NCBI GenBank assembly: GCA_963728205.1
Contig: CAVSIV010000002.1
Location: forward strand, 1-64,000
Reading direction: 5' to 3'
Source: an uncultured Chloroflexia bacterium
GTDB lineage: Bacteria > Chloroflexota > Dehalococcoidia > UBA2979
DNA: 64,000 nt
The position numbers and the translations under genes are program-made. Positions 39,471-48,714 of the stretch are shown here, in pieces. Under the pieces are notes generated by a model. It did not search any database and had not been told where the DNA came from. It was given only the letters and a program-made list of their open reading frames with translations. Position 1 is the first letter of the stretch; the number at the start of each line of letters is the position of its first letter.

Positions 39471-40874
39471 CTACTGGCGCGTCTGCAGGAACGCCACCAG
39501 GGCGCTGAGCTGATCCGGCGACAGCGTCTTCGCGAACGCGGGCATGTTGTGCCCGCCGTTCAGGATCCGCCACGTCATCTGGTCCGACGACAGCCGCCGC
39601 CCGACGGTCGACAGGTTCGGCCCGCGGTCGCCGCCCACGCCGCCGATCGTGTGGCACGCGATGCAGCCGTGCGCCTGGAAGAGCTGCGCTCCGGTCGCCG
39701 GCTCGCCGCTCAGCGACGCCGTCACCGCGGTCGGTAGCGCCGGCGGCGGCAGGGCGGGCGACCACGGCGCGAGGTGCCCCTCGTAGATCAACGCGGCCAT
39801 CGCGATCACCAGCACGCCGACCGTGCCCACGGCCCACGGCCGGCGCCGCAGGCTGCGCTCGCCGCGCGGGAACACGAACGGCACGAGGAACAGCACTGCC
39901 GCGGCCAGCGCCGGTAGCCCGATGATCAGCCAGTCCTCCAGCTTCGGCGGGATCAGCGCCAGCAGCGCGAACAGCCAGAGGAAGTACCAGTCCGGCCGCG
40001 GGTCGGCGTGGAGGTTCGCCGGGTTCGCCCGCGCCGCCAGCGCCTTCGGCCCCACGAACACGGCGAGCGCCACCACGATCACGCCGATGCCGAGCGCGAA
40101 GACGACGTCGCGCCACGCCGCGTCCGGCCAGAACGGGATGCCGTCGCGGCGCAGCAACTCCTCGTACTCCTCCTCGTAGGTCTCCGGGTCCACCGTCGCG
40201 CCGGGCCGCGGCGGCTCGGAGATGCCGTGCCGCACGACCAGGAAGAGGTGCACGCCGACCGTCCCGAAGATCAGCGCCGGCAACAGGAAGACGTGCGTCG
40301 CGTAGAAGCGCGTCAGCGTGGCGCCACCGATGGTCTTGCCGGCGATCACGACGTGCGCGACGAGGTTGCCGATCACCGGCGTCCGCGCGCCCTGCTCGGC
40401 GGCGACCGCGATCGCCCAGTACGCGTCCTGGTCCCAGCGCAGCAGCTGACCGGTGAACGCCATGCCGAGCGTGAGGAACAGGAGTACGACGCCGGTCAGC
40501 CAGTTCAGCTCGCGCGGGAACTTGAACGCGCCCGTGAGGAAGACGCGGATCGCGTGGAGCGCGATCAGGATCACCATCGCCGACGCGCCCCAGTAGTGGA
40601 TGCCGCGGATCACGCGCCCGAGCGTCGCCGTCTGCGAGATGAACTGCAGACTGTCGTAGGCGTGCGCGGTGGTCGGCACGTACGTGAAGGCGAGCGCGAC
40701 GCCCGTGATCACCTGCATCACGAACGCCACGAGCGTCGCGCTGCCCAGCACGTACCACCAGTTCACGTTCCGCGGCACCGGGTGCTGGATGACCGGCAGC
40801 ATCCAGCGCGAGAACGCCAGCCGGTGGTCCAGCCACCGCGCCACGGCGCGTACCCATTCCGTCGCGGTGTGCAT
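39471..40874 (-). CDS. qcrB: Cytochrome b (b6 + subunit IV) fused to cytochrome c
   Basis: RGIHYWGAS, LHAIRVF, FYATHVF, PDWY, C-terminal CIACH...MP. Confidence 0.92.
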   Translation of the reverse strand: MHTATEWVRAVARWLDHRLAFSRWMLPVIQHPVPRNVNWWYVLGSATLVAFVMQVITGVALAFTYVPTTAHAYDSLQFISQTATLGRVIRGIHYWGASAMVILIALHAIRVFLTGAFKFPRELNWLTGVVLLFLTLGMAFTGQLLRWDQDAYWAIAVAAEQGARTPVIGNLVAHVVIAGKTIGGATLTRFYATHVFLLPALIFGTVGVHLFLVVRHGISEPPRPGATVDPETYEEEYEELLRRDGIPFWPDAAWRDVVFALGIGVIVVALAVFVGPKALAARANPANLHADPRPDWYFLWLFALLALIPPKLEDWLIIGLPALAAAVLFLVPFVFPRGERSLRRRPWAVGTVGVLVIAMAALIYEGHLAPWSPALPPPALPTAVTASLSGEPATGAQLFQAHGCIACHTIGGVGGDRGPNLSTVGRRLSSDQMTWRILNGGHNMPAFAKTLSPDQLSALVAFLQTRQ

Positions 40875-40876
40875 GG

Positions 40877-41350
40877 TCACGGCACCTGCAGCCCGCGCGT
40901 GAGCAGCTGCACGTGTCCGCCCTGCACGCGCGTCTCGTAGTGGAACAGCGCGTGCGGCGGCGGCCCGGCGGCCACCTCGCCATCCGCGTAGTACACGCCG
41001 CCGTGACACGGGCAGAGGAACAGCCCCGCGTCCTGGAGCCACGACACGGGACAGCCGAGGTGCGTGCAGTTCACCGCGAACGCCGTGAACCTGTCGTTCG
41101 AGTCGCGCCGCAGCCACGCGCCGATCGTCGCGGTCTGGCCGGCCCACGGCAGCGGCGACGGGTCCTGGAACGTGACCTCGACGGTCTTTCCCACCTCGAA
41201 CTGATCGACCGCCCCGACGTCCTCCCAGCGGTCCGCCGCCGGGTGGATCAGCGGCTCGAGCAGGTAGCCGACGATCGGCACGATCACGACCGCGCCGGCG
41301 AGGCCGCTGAGCCCGAGCATCGACACGTTGAGGAACCGCCTGCGGTTCAC
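40877..41350 (-). CDS. qcrA: Rieske iron-sulfur protein
   Basis: NRRRFL Tat anchor, CTHLGC, CPCHGG. Confidence 0.93.
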   Translation of the reverse strand: MNRRRFLNVSMLGLSGLAGAVVIVPIVGYLLEPLIHPAADRWEDVGAVDQFEVGKTVEVTFQDPSPLPWAGQTATIGAWLRRDSNDRFTAFAVNCTHLGCPVSWLQDAGLFLCPCHGGVYYADGEVAAGPPPHALFHYETRVQGGHVQLLTRGLQVP

Positions 41351-41556
41351 GCGATCAGCTCCCGCACCCAGCCGCCGATCGCGAAGGCGATCAACGCGAG
41401 CCCCACGCCGGTGAACGCGTACGACGACGTGAAGCCGAACGCGAACAGCGTCACGCCACCGGCGAGCACGAACGGCCAGATCGAGGGCGCGGTCTCGCCG
41501 CCCTCGCGCGCAGCCGCCTGGTCCGCCGCCGGCTGGTCGACCGACTCGTACGTCAT
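41347..41556 (-). CDS. Small two-TM oxidase subunit (subunit IV / subunit III N-terminus-like)
   Basis: PSIWPFVLA...GWVRE; start and stop overlap both neighbours. Confidence 0.75.
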   Translation of the reverse strand: MTYESVDQPAADQAAAREGGETAPSIWPFVLAGGVTLFAFGFTSSYAFTGVGLALIAFAIGGWVRELIA

Positions 41557-43856
41557 CGCAGCGACCCCAGGTAGACGACCGTGAAGATGACGATCCAGAC
41601 GGCATCGACGAAGTGCCAGTACGTCGCCACCGTCGTGACGCCGGCGTGCCCGCGACCGCGTCCCACGTCCCCGCGGAAGCCGAGTGCCGCGACCACGCAG
41701 AGCGCGATCACGCCGAGCGTGACGTGCAGCGCGTGGAAGCCCGTGAGCGTGAAGAACGCCGAGGTGAAGATGTTGCGCCCGAGCGTGACGTGATCGGCGT
41801 ACAGCGCGCGGAACTCCGTCGCCTGCCCGTAGAGGAACACCAGGCCGAGCACGATGGTCAGCACGATCAGCCACCGGAAGCCGCGCGCGTCGTCGCGTCG
41901 CAGCCGGAGCTCCGCGAGCACCGCGGTGCCGCTGCTCGCCCACAGCGCGAGGCTGAAGAGCGCGGTGCGCGGGACGTCGAGCGCGGATGCCGTGGGGCCG
42001 GCGGCCGGGTGCTGGTACAGGAGGTACGCGACGATCAGCGCGCCGAAGAAGATCGACTCGGTGCCGATGAACGCGAACATGCCGAGCACGGGGGCGGGGA
42101 AGCGCCGCGCGCCGTCGGTCACGTCTGAGTCGGTCTCCGTGGACGCGGCGACGGAGGCCGGCGTGACCCCGGCAGCGGGCGTGCCGGGATCGTCGCGGCG
42201 CGTATCGGCGTCGTTCGTCGCGCGGCCGTCGCGCTCGCGCGCGGACGCGAGGTCGGCGAGCGGCCGGAACGACCGAATCGGCGGCAGCGCGTCGAAGTTG
42301 TGCGCGGGCGGCGGCGAGGTGGTTGCCCACTCCAGCGTCGCGCCGTCCCACGGGTTGTCGCCCGCCCGCTCGCCGCTGCGGAGGCTCACCCAGATGTTCC
42401 ACAGCAGGAGCAGCACCGACACCGCGAGCACGAACGAACCGACGGTCTCGAGCAAATTGAGCGCAGCCCATCCGGGCAGGTCCGGGTAGGTGAAGACGCG
42501 GCGCGGCATCCCGAGCACGCCGAGCACGTGCATCGGGAGGAACGTGAGGTTGAAGCCGATGAACGTGAGCCAGAAGTGCCACTTGCCGATGCGCTCGCTC
42601 AGCATGCGGCCGGAGATCTTCGGGAACCAGTAGTAGGCGGCGGCGAGCATCGCGAGCGCGGTCCCGCCGAACAGCACGTAGTGGAAGTGGCCGACCACGT
42701 AGTAGCTGTCCGTTAGCTGCCGGTCCGCCGGAGCCAGCGCGAACTGGACGCCGGTGATGCCGCCGATGGTGAACATCGGGATGAACGCGATCGCGAACAG
42801 CATCGCGGTTGTGAAGCGCAGCTTGCCGCCCCACATCGTCGCCAGCCAGTTGAAGATCTTGATGCCGGTGGGGATCGCGATCAGCAGGCTCGCGGCCGAG
42901 AAGAAGCCGTTGAGCAGCGGGCTCATGCCGACGGCGAACATGTGGTGCGCCCACACGAGGAAGCTGAGGAAGCTGATGCCGATCCCCGCAGCGACGAGGA
43001 ACGCGTAGCCGAACGCCGGCTTGCCGGAGAAGGTCGCGATCACCTCGGTGATCATGCCGAAGGCCGGCAGCACCATGATGTAGACCTCGGGGTGCCCGAA
43101 GAACCAGAACATGTGCTGCCACAGCAGCGCGTCGCCGCCGCCGGCGACGTTGTAGAAGTCCGTGCCGAGGTGCCGGTCGAGGAACAGCGTGATCTGCGCC
43201 ATCGCCAGGCTCGGCATCGCGCCGATGATCAGCAGCGCGTCGATCAGCGACATCCAGACGAAGATCGGCATGCGCCCGAGCGTCATCCCCGGTGCGCGCT
43301 CGCTGATGATCGTGACGAGCAGGTTGATGCCGGTGGCGATCGTACCGGCGCTGGTCACAAGCAGGGCCAGGATCCAGTAGTCCGTGGCGGGGTTGCTGCT
43401 GAACGGGCGCTCGGTGAGCGGCGCGTACGCGAACCACCCCACGTTCGGGACGTCGCCCGGCAGGAACGAGTAGTAGAGCATCAGGCCGCCGAACAGCAGC
43501 AGCCAGTAGCTCATCGCGTTGAGACGCGGGAACGCCATGTCCCGCGCGCCGATCATGAGCGGGACGAAGTAGTTCGCGAAGCCGAGCAGCATCGGCATCA
43601 CGACGAGGAAGATCATCGTCGTCCCGTGCATCGTGAAGAGCGCGTTGTACGCCGCCGGCGACAGCACTCGCGCGTTCGGCAGCGCCAGCTGGATGCGCAT
43701 CACCAGCGCTTCGATGCCGCCCAGGGCGAAGAAGACCAGCGTCGTCACGAGGTACAGGACGCCGATCCGCTTGTGGTCGACGGTCGTCATCCACTCCCAC
43801 GCCCGGGAGCGCGTCGTGCCCCCGTCGCGCGCGCGTCCGACTGCGGTCGCCGCCAT
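41553..43856 (-). CDS. ctaD: Cytochrome c oxidase subunit I fused to subunit III
   Basis: TMHG, GHPEVY, WAHH, HFHY, then linker and subunit III motifs TGFHALHV, YWHFVD. Confidence 0.95.
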   Translation of the reverse strand: MAATAVGRARDGGTTRSRAWEWMTTVDHKRIGVLYLVTTLVFFALGGIEALVMRIQLALPNARVLSPAAYNALFTMHGTTMIFLVVMPMLLGFANYFVPLMIGARDMAFPRLNAMSYWLLLFGGLMLYYSFLPGDVPNVGWFAYAPLTERPFSSNPATDYWILALLVTSAGTIATGINLLVTIISERAPGMTLGRMPIFVWMSLIDALLIIGAMPSLAMAQITLFLDRHLGTDFYNVAGGGDALLWQHMFWFFGHPEVYIMVLPAFGMITEVIATFSGKPAFGYAFLVAAGIGISFLSFLVWAHHMFAVGMSPLLNGFFSAASLLIAIPTGIKIFNWLATMWGGKLRFTTAMLFAIAFIPMFTIGGITGVQFALAPADRQLTDSYYVVGHFHYVLFGGTALAMLAAAYYWFPKISGRMLSERIGKWHFWLTFIGFNLTFLPMHVLGVLGMPRRVFTYPDLPGWAALNLLETVGSFVLAVSVLLLLWNIWVSLRSGERAGDNPWDGATLEWATTSPPPAHNFDALPPIRSFRPLADLASARERDGRATNDADTRRDDPGTPAAGVTPASVAASTETDSDVTDGARRFPAPVLGMFAFIGTESIFFGALIVAYLLYQHPAAGPTASALDVPRTALFSLALWASSGTAVLAELRLRRDDARGFRWLIVLTIVLGLVFLYGQATEFRALYADHVTLGRNIFTSAFFTLTGFHALHVTLGVIALCVVAALGFRGDVGRGRGHAGVTTVATYWHFVDAVWIVIFTVVYLGSLR

Positions 43857-44909
43857 TTACTTGAGCCCTTCGAGGTACGCGGTCAGCGCCTGCGCGTCGG
43901 CCGCGGAGAGGCCGAGGCTCGGCATAAGCACGCCGGGCTTCACCGCGTGCGGGTCCGTCAGCCAGCGCGTCATGTTGGCGGGCGTGTTGTCGAGTACGCC
44001 GCCCGCGATCAGCGCGCGGCTTCCGACGTGCGTCAGGTTGGGGCCGGCCGTCCCGCGCGCCCTGGTGCCCGCGACCGTGTGGCAGCTCGCGCACGCCAGC
44101 GAGGTGAACAGCTGCTCGCCCCGCGCCGCCGGCCCACCACTGGGCACGGCCGCCGGCGCCTCCTGCGCCGTGAGCCACGCCTGGAAGTCCTGCGGAGATT
44201 GCGCGACGACCTGCAACCGCATCCATGCGTGCTCGAGCCCGCAGAATTCCGTGCATGCGCCCTGGAACGTGCCGGCCCGGTCGAGCGTGATCGAGAGCGT
44301 GTTCGGCTTGCCTGGAATCGCGTCCTGTTTCCACCCGAAGCGCGGCACCCAGAAGCTGTGGATCACGTCGTCCGACGTGACCGTGATCGCGATCGGCGTG
44401 TTGATCGGCACGTGGAGCTCATCGGCCGTGACGACGCCCGACCCGGGGTAGCGGAACTCCCACCACCACTGGTGGCCGACGACCTGGATCTGCAGCGCGT
44501 TGGGGCCGGACGTCGCGTCGACGGTGCGCATCGTGCGCACCGAGATGACGAAGAGCGTCGCGACGATCGCGAGGGTCGCGAGCGTCCACGTGACCTCGAG
44601 GCGGCGGTTCCCGGCGACGTCGCTTGCTGCCTCGCGCACGCTCGCGCGGTAGTGGACGAGCACCCACCCGAGCAGCCCGACGACGATCAGGAACAGGATC
44701 GTGCCGATCGCGAACGAGATGCCGAAGAGCCCGAGGATCGCGTCGCCCCGCCCGGAGGCCGGTTGCATCGCGTCGGGCAGCGTCGCGCACCCGGTGGCGG
44801 TGAGCGCGATCGCGATCAGCGCGACCGCGCCCCGAGCGTGCTTCCTCGGTCCGAGCCCCGCGCCTCGGGAGGCACGGGAGCCACGCTGCCGGGATGGAGG
44901 GGCATCCAT
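43857..44909 (-). CDS. ctaC: Cytochrome c oxidase subunit II with C-terminal cytochrome c (caa3 type)
   Basis: HQWWWEFRY, DVIHSFW, CTEFCGLEHAWM, CASCH; start uncertain. Confidence 0.94.
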   Translation of the reverse strand: MDAPPSRQRGSRASRGAGLGPRKHARGAVALIAIALTATGCATLPDAMQPASGRGDAILGLFGISFAIGTILFLIVVGLLGWVLVHYRASVREAASDVAGNRRLEVTWTLATLAIVATLFVISVRTMRTVDATSGPNALQIQVVGHQWWWEFRYPGSGVVTADELHVPINTPIAITVTSDDVIHSFWVPRFGWKQDAIPGKPNTLSITLDRAGTFQGACTEFCGLEHAWMRLQVVAQSPQDFQAWLTAQEAPAAVPSGGPAARGEQLFTSLACASCHTVAGTRARGTAGPNLTHVGSRALIAGGVLDNTPANMTRWLTDPHAVKPGVLMPSLGLSAADAQALTAYLEGLK

Positions 44910-45236
44910 GCGGCATCACTCTCGCCGGGGTGGGATGAGGCCAACGGATCCACCGTACTCGCCCCGTGCCACCCCGATGCCCGCGTGGACGGCGCCGTGC
45001 TCCTCGGTGCGCCGCGGCGCATTCCGGGCGATGCGGGCGCGCCCGACCAGGGCGCCGCGCTGCCCCGGCGTCCGCGAGCCCGACGCCGGGTCGCGCACTC
45101 GCGGGCGCGACCTGTGGCATCCTCGGCGCGATCCCGGCGACGGCCGGGCGCCGCGGAGACGGCGCGGCCGGACCGCTGCGTGCCCGCGCGCACCGCTCGG
45201 GGGACGTCGGGACTGCGGGCTGCGAGGAGGTGCGAC

Positions 45237-46262
45237 GTGCGAGTGACGGTCACCGGCGGCACGGGGTTCGTGGGCTCGCACACGGTGGCGGCTCTGCGCC
45301 GCGCCGGTCACGACGTCCGCCTGCTGGCGCGGACGCCCGAGCGCGTCGCCGACGCGCTGGGACCGGTGGGGGTCGACGCCGGCGCGGTCGACGTCGTCCC
45401 CGGCGATGTCACCGACGCCGCGAGCGTCGCACGCGCGGTGGACGGCGCCGACGCCGTCGTCCACGCCGCGTCCGTCTACTCGCTCGACCGCCGCGCCGCG
45501 GAGGCGATCGAGCGCACGAACGTGGAGGGCACGCGGATCGTCCTCGAGGCGGCACACCGCGCGGGCGCGCGGCGGATCGTGCACGTCTCCACGCTGGTGG
45601 CGCTGGCCGGCGTGCGCGGCGCGCGCGTTGGTCCCGACACCCCGCCGTTCGACGCCGTCGGCGCGTACCAGCGCTCGAAGGCGGCGTCCAATCGCGTGGC
45701 GCGCGCGATGCAGCACGCGGGCGCGCCCGTCCGCATCTCGTACCCCGGGATGGTGTGGGGCCCGCACGACCCGAACTTCGGCGAGACGAGCATCCTCGTG
45801 CGCAACGCGCTGCGGGGGCTGTTCCTCGTGCTGCCCGCGAGCACGTGGCCCGTCTGCGACGTACGCGACGTCGCGGAGCTGCACGTCGCGCTCGTCGAGC
45901 GCGACACGCCGGGATCCCGCTACCTCGCGCCGGTGCACACGCTGCGTGAACGCGAGCTCATGCACGCGATCGCGCAGGCCACCGGGCGCCGCCTGCCGGT
46001 CGTGCCGGTCCCGCGCACGCTCGCGCTGCTGGTCTCGCGCGCGTCGGACCTGGCGGCCCGCGCGACCCCGTTCGCGACGCCCTTCCCGTACGAGGGCACC
46101 TGGTTCGTCGCGCAGCGCGTGCGTCCCGACGACGAGTCCACCCGGCGCGACCTCGGCCTGCAGCCGCGTCCGCTGGCCGAGACGGTGTCCGACACGATCC
46201 GCTGGCTGGCGGATGTCGGGTACGTATCGCGACGCTTGGCGGGCCGCCTCGCGCCGTCCTGA
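45237..46262 (+). CDS. NAD(P)-dependent epimerase/dehydratase, dihydroflavonol-reductase-like
   Basis: VTGGTGFVG, HAAS, YQRSK; GAGGAGG RBS. Confidence 0.88.
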   Translation: MRVTVTGGTGFVGSHTVAALRRAGHDVRLLARTPERVADALGPVGVDAGAVDVVPGDVTDAASVARAVDGADAVVHAASVYSLDRRAAEAIERTNVEGTRIVLEAAHRAGARRIVHVSTLVALAGVRGARVGPDTPPFDAVGAYQRSKAASNRVARAMQHAGAPVRISYPGMVWGPHDPNFGETSILVRNALRGLFLVLPASTWPVCDVRDVAELHVALVERDTPGSRYLAPVHTLRERELMHAIAQATGRRLPVVPVPRTLALLVSRASDLAARATPFATPFPYEGTWFVAQRVRPDDESTRRDLGLQPRPLAETVSDTIRWLADVGYVSRRLAGRLAPS

Positions 46263-46665
46263 GCTCGGTCCGGGCCTCCGGGCGCCCGCACCCTTGCGAA
46301 GGCGAGCGCGGCCGGTATGCTGGCGCGAAGCGCAGAGGGCCGGCGCGAGGAGCCTCTATTGAGATCACCCCTTCGAGCCGCGGCCCGCCCTGCTCGCATG
46401 CGCCCGCGTCGCGACCCGACGTCGCACCGCGGCCCGGCGGGCTCGCGTTCTGCGGGCTCCCCCTGCTCGCCCGGCTCCACGGCCTCGCGCGTGATCATCG
46501 GCGACGGGCGGTTCGCCGACGACGCGTGCGAGGCGTGCGGACGAGCAGAGCTCGACCGGATCGGCCGCAGCCCGTGCTCGCTCGTCATCGTCCAGCATCA
46601 CCCGTTGGTCCGGGCCGCGCTGCGGGGCCCGGGGCGCGGGTACGCAGCGCGGAACGAGGATCGCC

Positions 46666-48099
46666 GTGACCGCCCCACCGCCGAACTCCCACCCCATGGG
46701 CCCCGCCGGCACCCCCGGCTCCGCTGACAGCGGATCGCACCTCGCCGCGCACGGCGAGCGCGTGACGAACTGGGGACGGGACGTCGTCTCGTTCCCCCGC
46801 TCGGTCGTGCAACCCGAGAGCGTCGAGGAGATCGTCGCGATCCTCCGCGATCGCGAGCGCTACCCGTCGCCGGTGCGGGCCGTCGGCTCGAACCACTCGA
46901 CCACGCGGTGCGGCGTCGCGGACGAGGGCACGCTCGTCAGCATGCGGCGCATGAACCGCATCCTGCACATCGGCGACGACACCATCACCGTGCAGGCGGG
47001 CGCGCTCTACATCGACGTCGCCAAGGAGCTCGAGCGCCGCGGGCTGCAGCTGTTCGTGAACGTCGAGCTCGGCAACCTGAGCATCGGCAGCGCGGCATGC
47101 GGCGGGACGAAGGATTCGTCGATGCCCGGCGAGTTCGGGCAGGTCGCCTCGTACGCCATCGCCATGAAGCTCGTGACGCCGAGCGGCGAGCTCGTCGAGA
47201 TCGACGAGTCGGATCCCGAGCTGCTCCAGGTCGCGCGCTCGAGCTACGGCCTGTTCGGCATCGTCTACGAGGTCACCTTCCGCGTGCAGCGGCTGCGCCC
47301 CCTCGTCGTCCACCACGAGACGTTCGACATCGACGAGTTCGCGACGCGCCTCCCGGAGCTGCGACGCCGCAACGAGGCGATGATGATGTACATCTCGCCG
47401 AACCTGCGGACCGTCACGGTCGAGTTCCGGCACTATCGCGACGCGGTGCTGAAGCGGCCGAGCCGCTGGCAGTGGCGGCTGCGCGACATGGTCTGGAGCA
47501 AGACGGCGCCGTCGTACGGACGGCTGGTGAGCATGCTGGTCCCGTCGCGCCGCGCGCGCTACTGGTTGGTCGACCGGCTCGACCAGGCCATCAACATCGT
47601 GCTCAGCCGATTCCTGAAGGGCGACAACACCTCGCCCGCCGACCAGATGATCCGCTACCCCTCGATCGGCGGCTTCAGCGCCTACACCTTCAGCATCTGG
47701 GCGTTCCCCGACGAGCGTTACGGCGACGTCCTCCGCGAGTACTTCGCGTGGGTCGAGGACTACTACCGGCAGACGGGCTATCGCTGCGACCTGCTGCACG
47801 TCGGCTACCGCATCGCGGAGGACACGAACTCGCTGTTCTCGTACACGTCTGAGGGCACGGTGATGACGATCGACCCGGTGTCGACCGGCGGGCCGGGCTG
47901 GGACCAGTTCCTCGCGGCGTACAACGACTGGTGCAGCTCGCGCGGCGGCATCCCGTTGTTCAACCAGACGAAGTGGCTGACCCGGGAGCAGGTCCGGCGC
48001 GCCTTCGGCTCGCGGCTCGAGCGCTTCGGCGCCTACCGGCGTCGCTACGACCCGGACGACCGCATGCTCAACGACTACTTCCGCGATTTGATCGTCTAG
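46666..48099 (+). CDS. FAD-linked oxidase (VAO/aldonolactone-oxidase-like)
   Basis: NWG, AVGSNHS, TVQAG, RSSYGLFGIVYEVT, DPDDRMLN. Confidence 0.87.
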   Translation: MTAPPPNSHPMGPAGTPGSADSGSHLAAHGERVTNWGRDVVSFPRSVVQPESVEEIVAILRDRERYPSPVRAVGSNHSTTRCGVADEGTLVSMRRMNRILHIGDDTITVQAGALYIDVAKELERRGLQLFVNVELGNLSIGSAACGGTKDSSMPGEFGQVASYAIAMKLVTPSGELVEIDESDPELLQVARSSYGLFGIVYEVTFRVQRLRPLVVHHETFDIDEFATRLPELRRRNEAMMMYISPNLRTVTVEFRHYRDAVLKRPSRWQWRLRDMVWSKTAPSYGRLVSMLVPSRRARYWLVDRLDQAINIVLSRFLKGDNTSPADQMIRYPSIGGFSAYTFSIWAFPDERYGDVLREYFAWVEDYYRQTGYRCDLLHVGYRIAEDTNSLFSYTSEGTVMTIDPVSTGGPGWDQFLAAYNDWCSSRGGIPLFNQTKWLTREQVRRAFGSRLERFGAYRRRYDPDDRMLNDYFRDLIV

Positions 48100-48213
48100 C
48101 GATCGGCGCGTGGGACGCCCCGGCGTCCCCGCCCACGTGTGCGCGGGGGCGGTCTGCGGGCCGGGTCGTCGGGAGGCTGGCGCATCCCGCGCGCCCGGGG
48201 GAGGTCATTCGCG

Positions 48214-48714
48214 ATGGTGGAGTTACCCGGCACGGACGCGCGTGCCGTCGCCCGCAGCTACTTCGACCGCCTGATCAACCAGCACGACCTGGACTTCGCG
48301 GACGAGCTCTTCGATCCGGCGATCGCCTTCCGCGACCCGGCGATCCCCGGGGGTGGCGTCGACGGCATCCCGCAGCTGAAGCGCTTCTTCGCGACCTTCT
48401 TCGCGACGTTCCCCGACGTGCACTTCGCCGTCGACGACTTCTTCGCGGAGGACGACCGCGTGGCGGTGCGCTTCACCTGGACGGGGACGCATCGCGCGCG
48501 CCTCTTCGGGGTCACGGTGGCGCGGCGCAGCGTGAGCGTGCCCGGCATCGATATCTTCCACGTCGCGAACGGCCGCATCACCGAGGTCCGCGTGGCGTTC
48601 GACCCGCTTGATCTCATCGAGCAGATGACCGGCCTGCGCGGGCTGCTCGCCCGCTTCGCGATCCCGCTCGTGCGCGCGCTGTGGCTCGGCCGGCTGCGGG
48701 GGCGTCCGCGATGA
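48214..48714 (+). CDS. SnoaL-like ester cyclase / NTF2-fold protein
   Basis: FPDVHFAVDD, EDDRVAVRFTWTGTH, NGRITE. Confidence 0.87.
   Translation: MVELPGTDARAVARSYFDRLINQHDLDFADELFDPAIAFRDPAIPGGGVDGIPQLKRFFATFFATFPDVHFAVDDFFAEDDRVAVRFTWTGTHRARLFGVTVARRSVSVPGIDIFHVANGRITEVRVAFDPLDLIEQMTGLRGLLARFAIPLVRALWLGRLRGRPR

Noticed and set aside
41347-46262. Very long ORFs 41347..44334(-) and 42942..46262(+), and similar Arg/Ala/Pro-rich ORFs throughout
   Set aside because: Shadow frames of high-GC genes; only their terminal portions (69-aa subunit, epimerase) are real.
46317-46727. 136-aa ORF between the epimerase and the FAD oxidase
   Set aside because: No recognisable motif or RBS and it overlaps the next gene; a gene fragment cannot be excluded but is unsupported.
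48213-48222. GATGGTGGAG as the distal att of the tRNA-Ala island
   Set aside because: Too short and explained as the SnoaL start codons (MVE).
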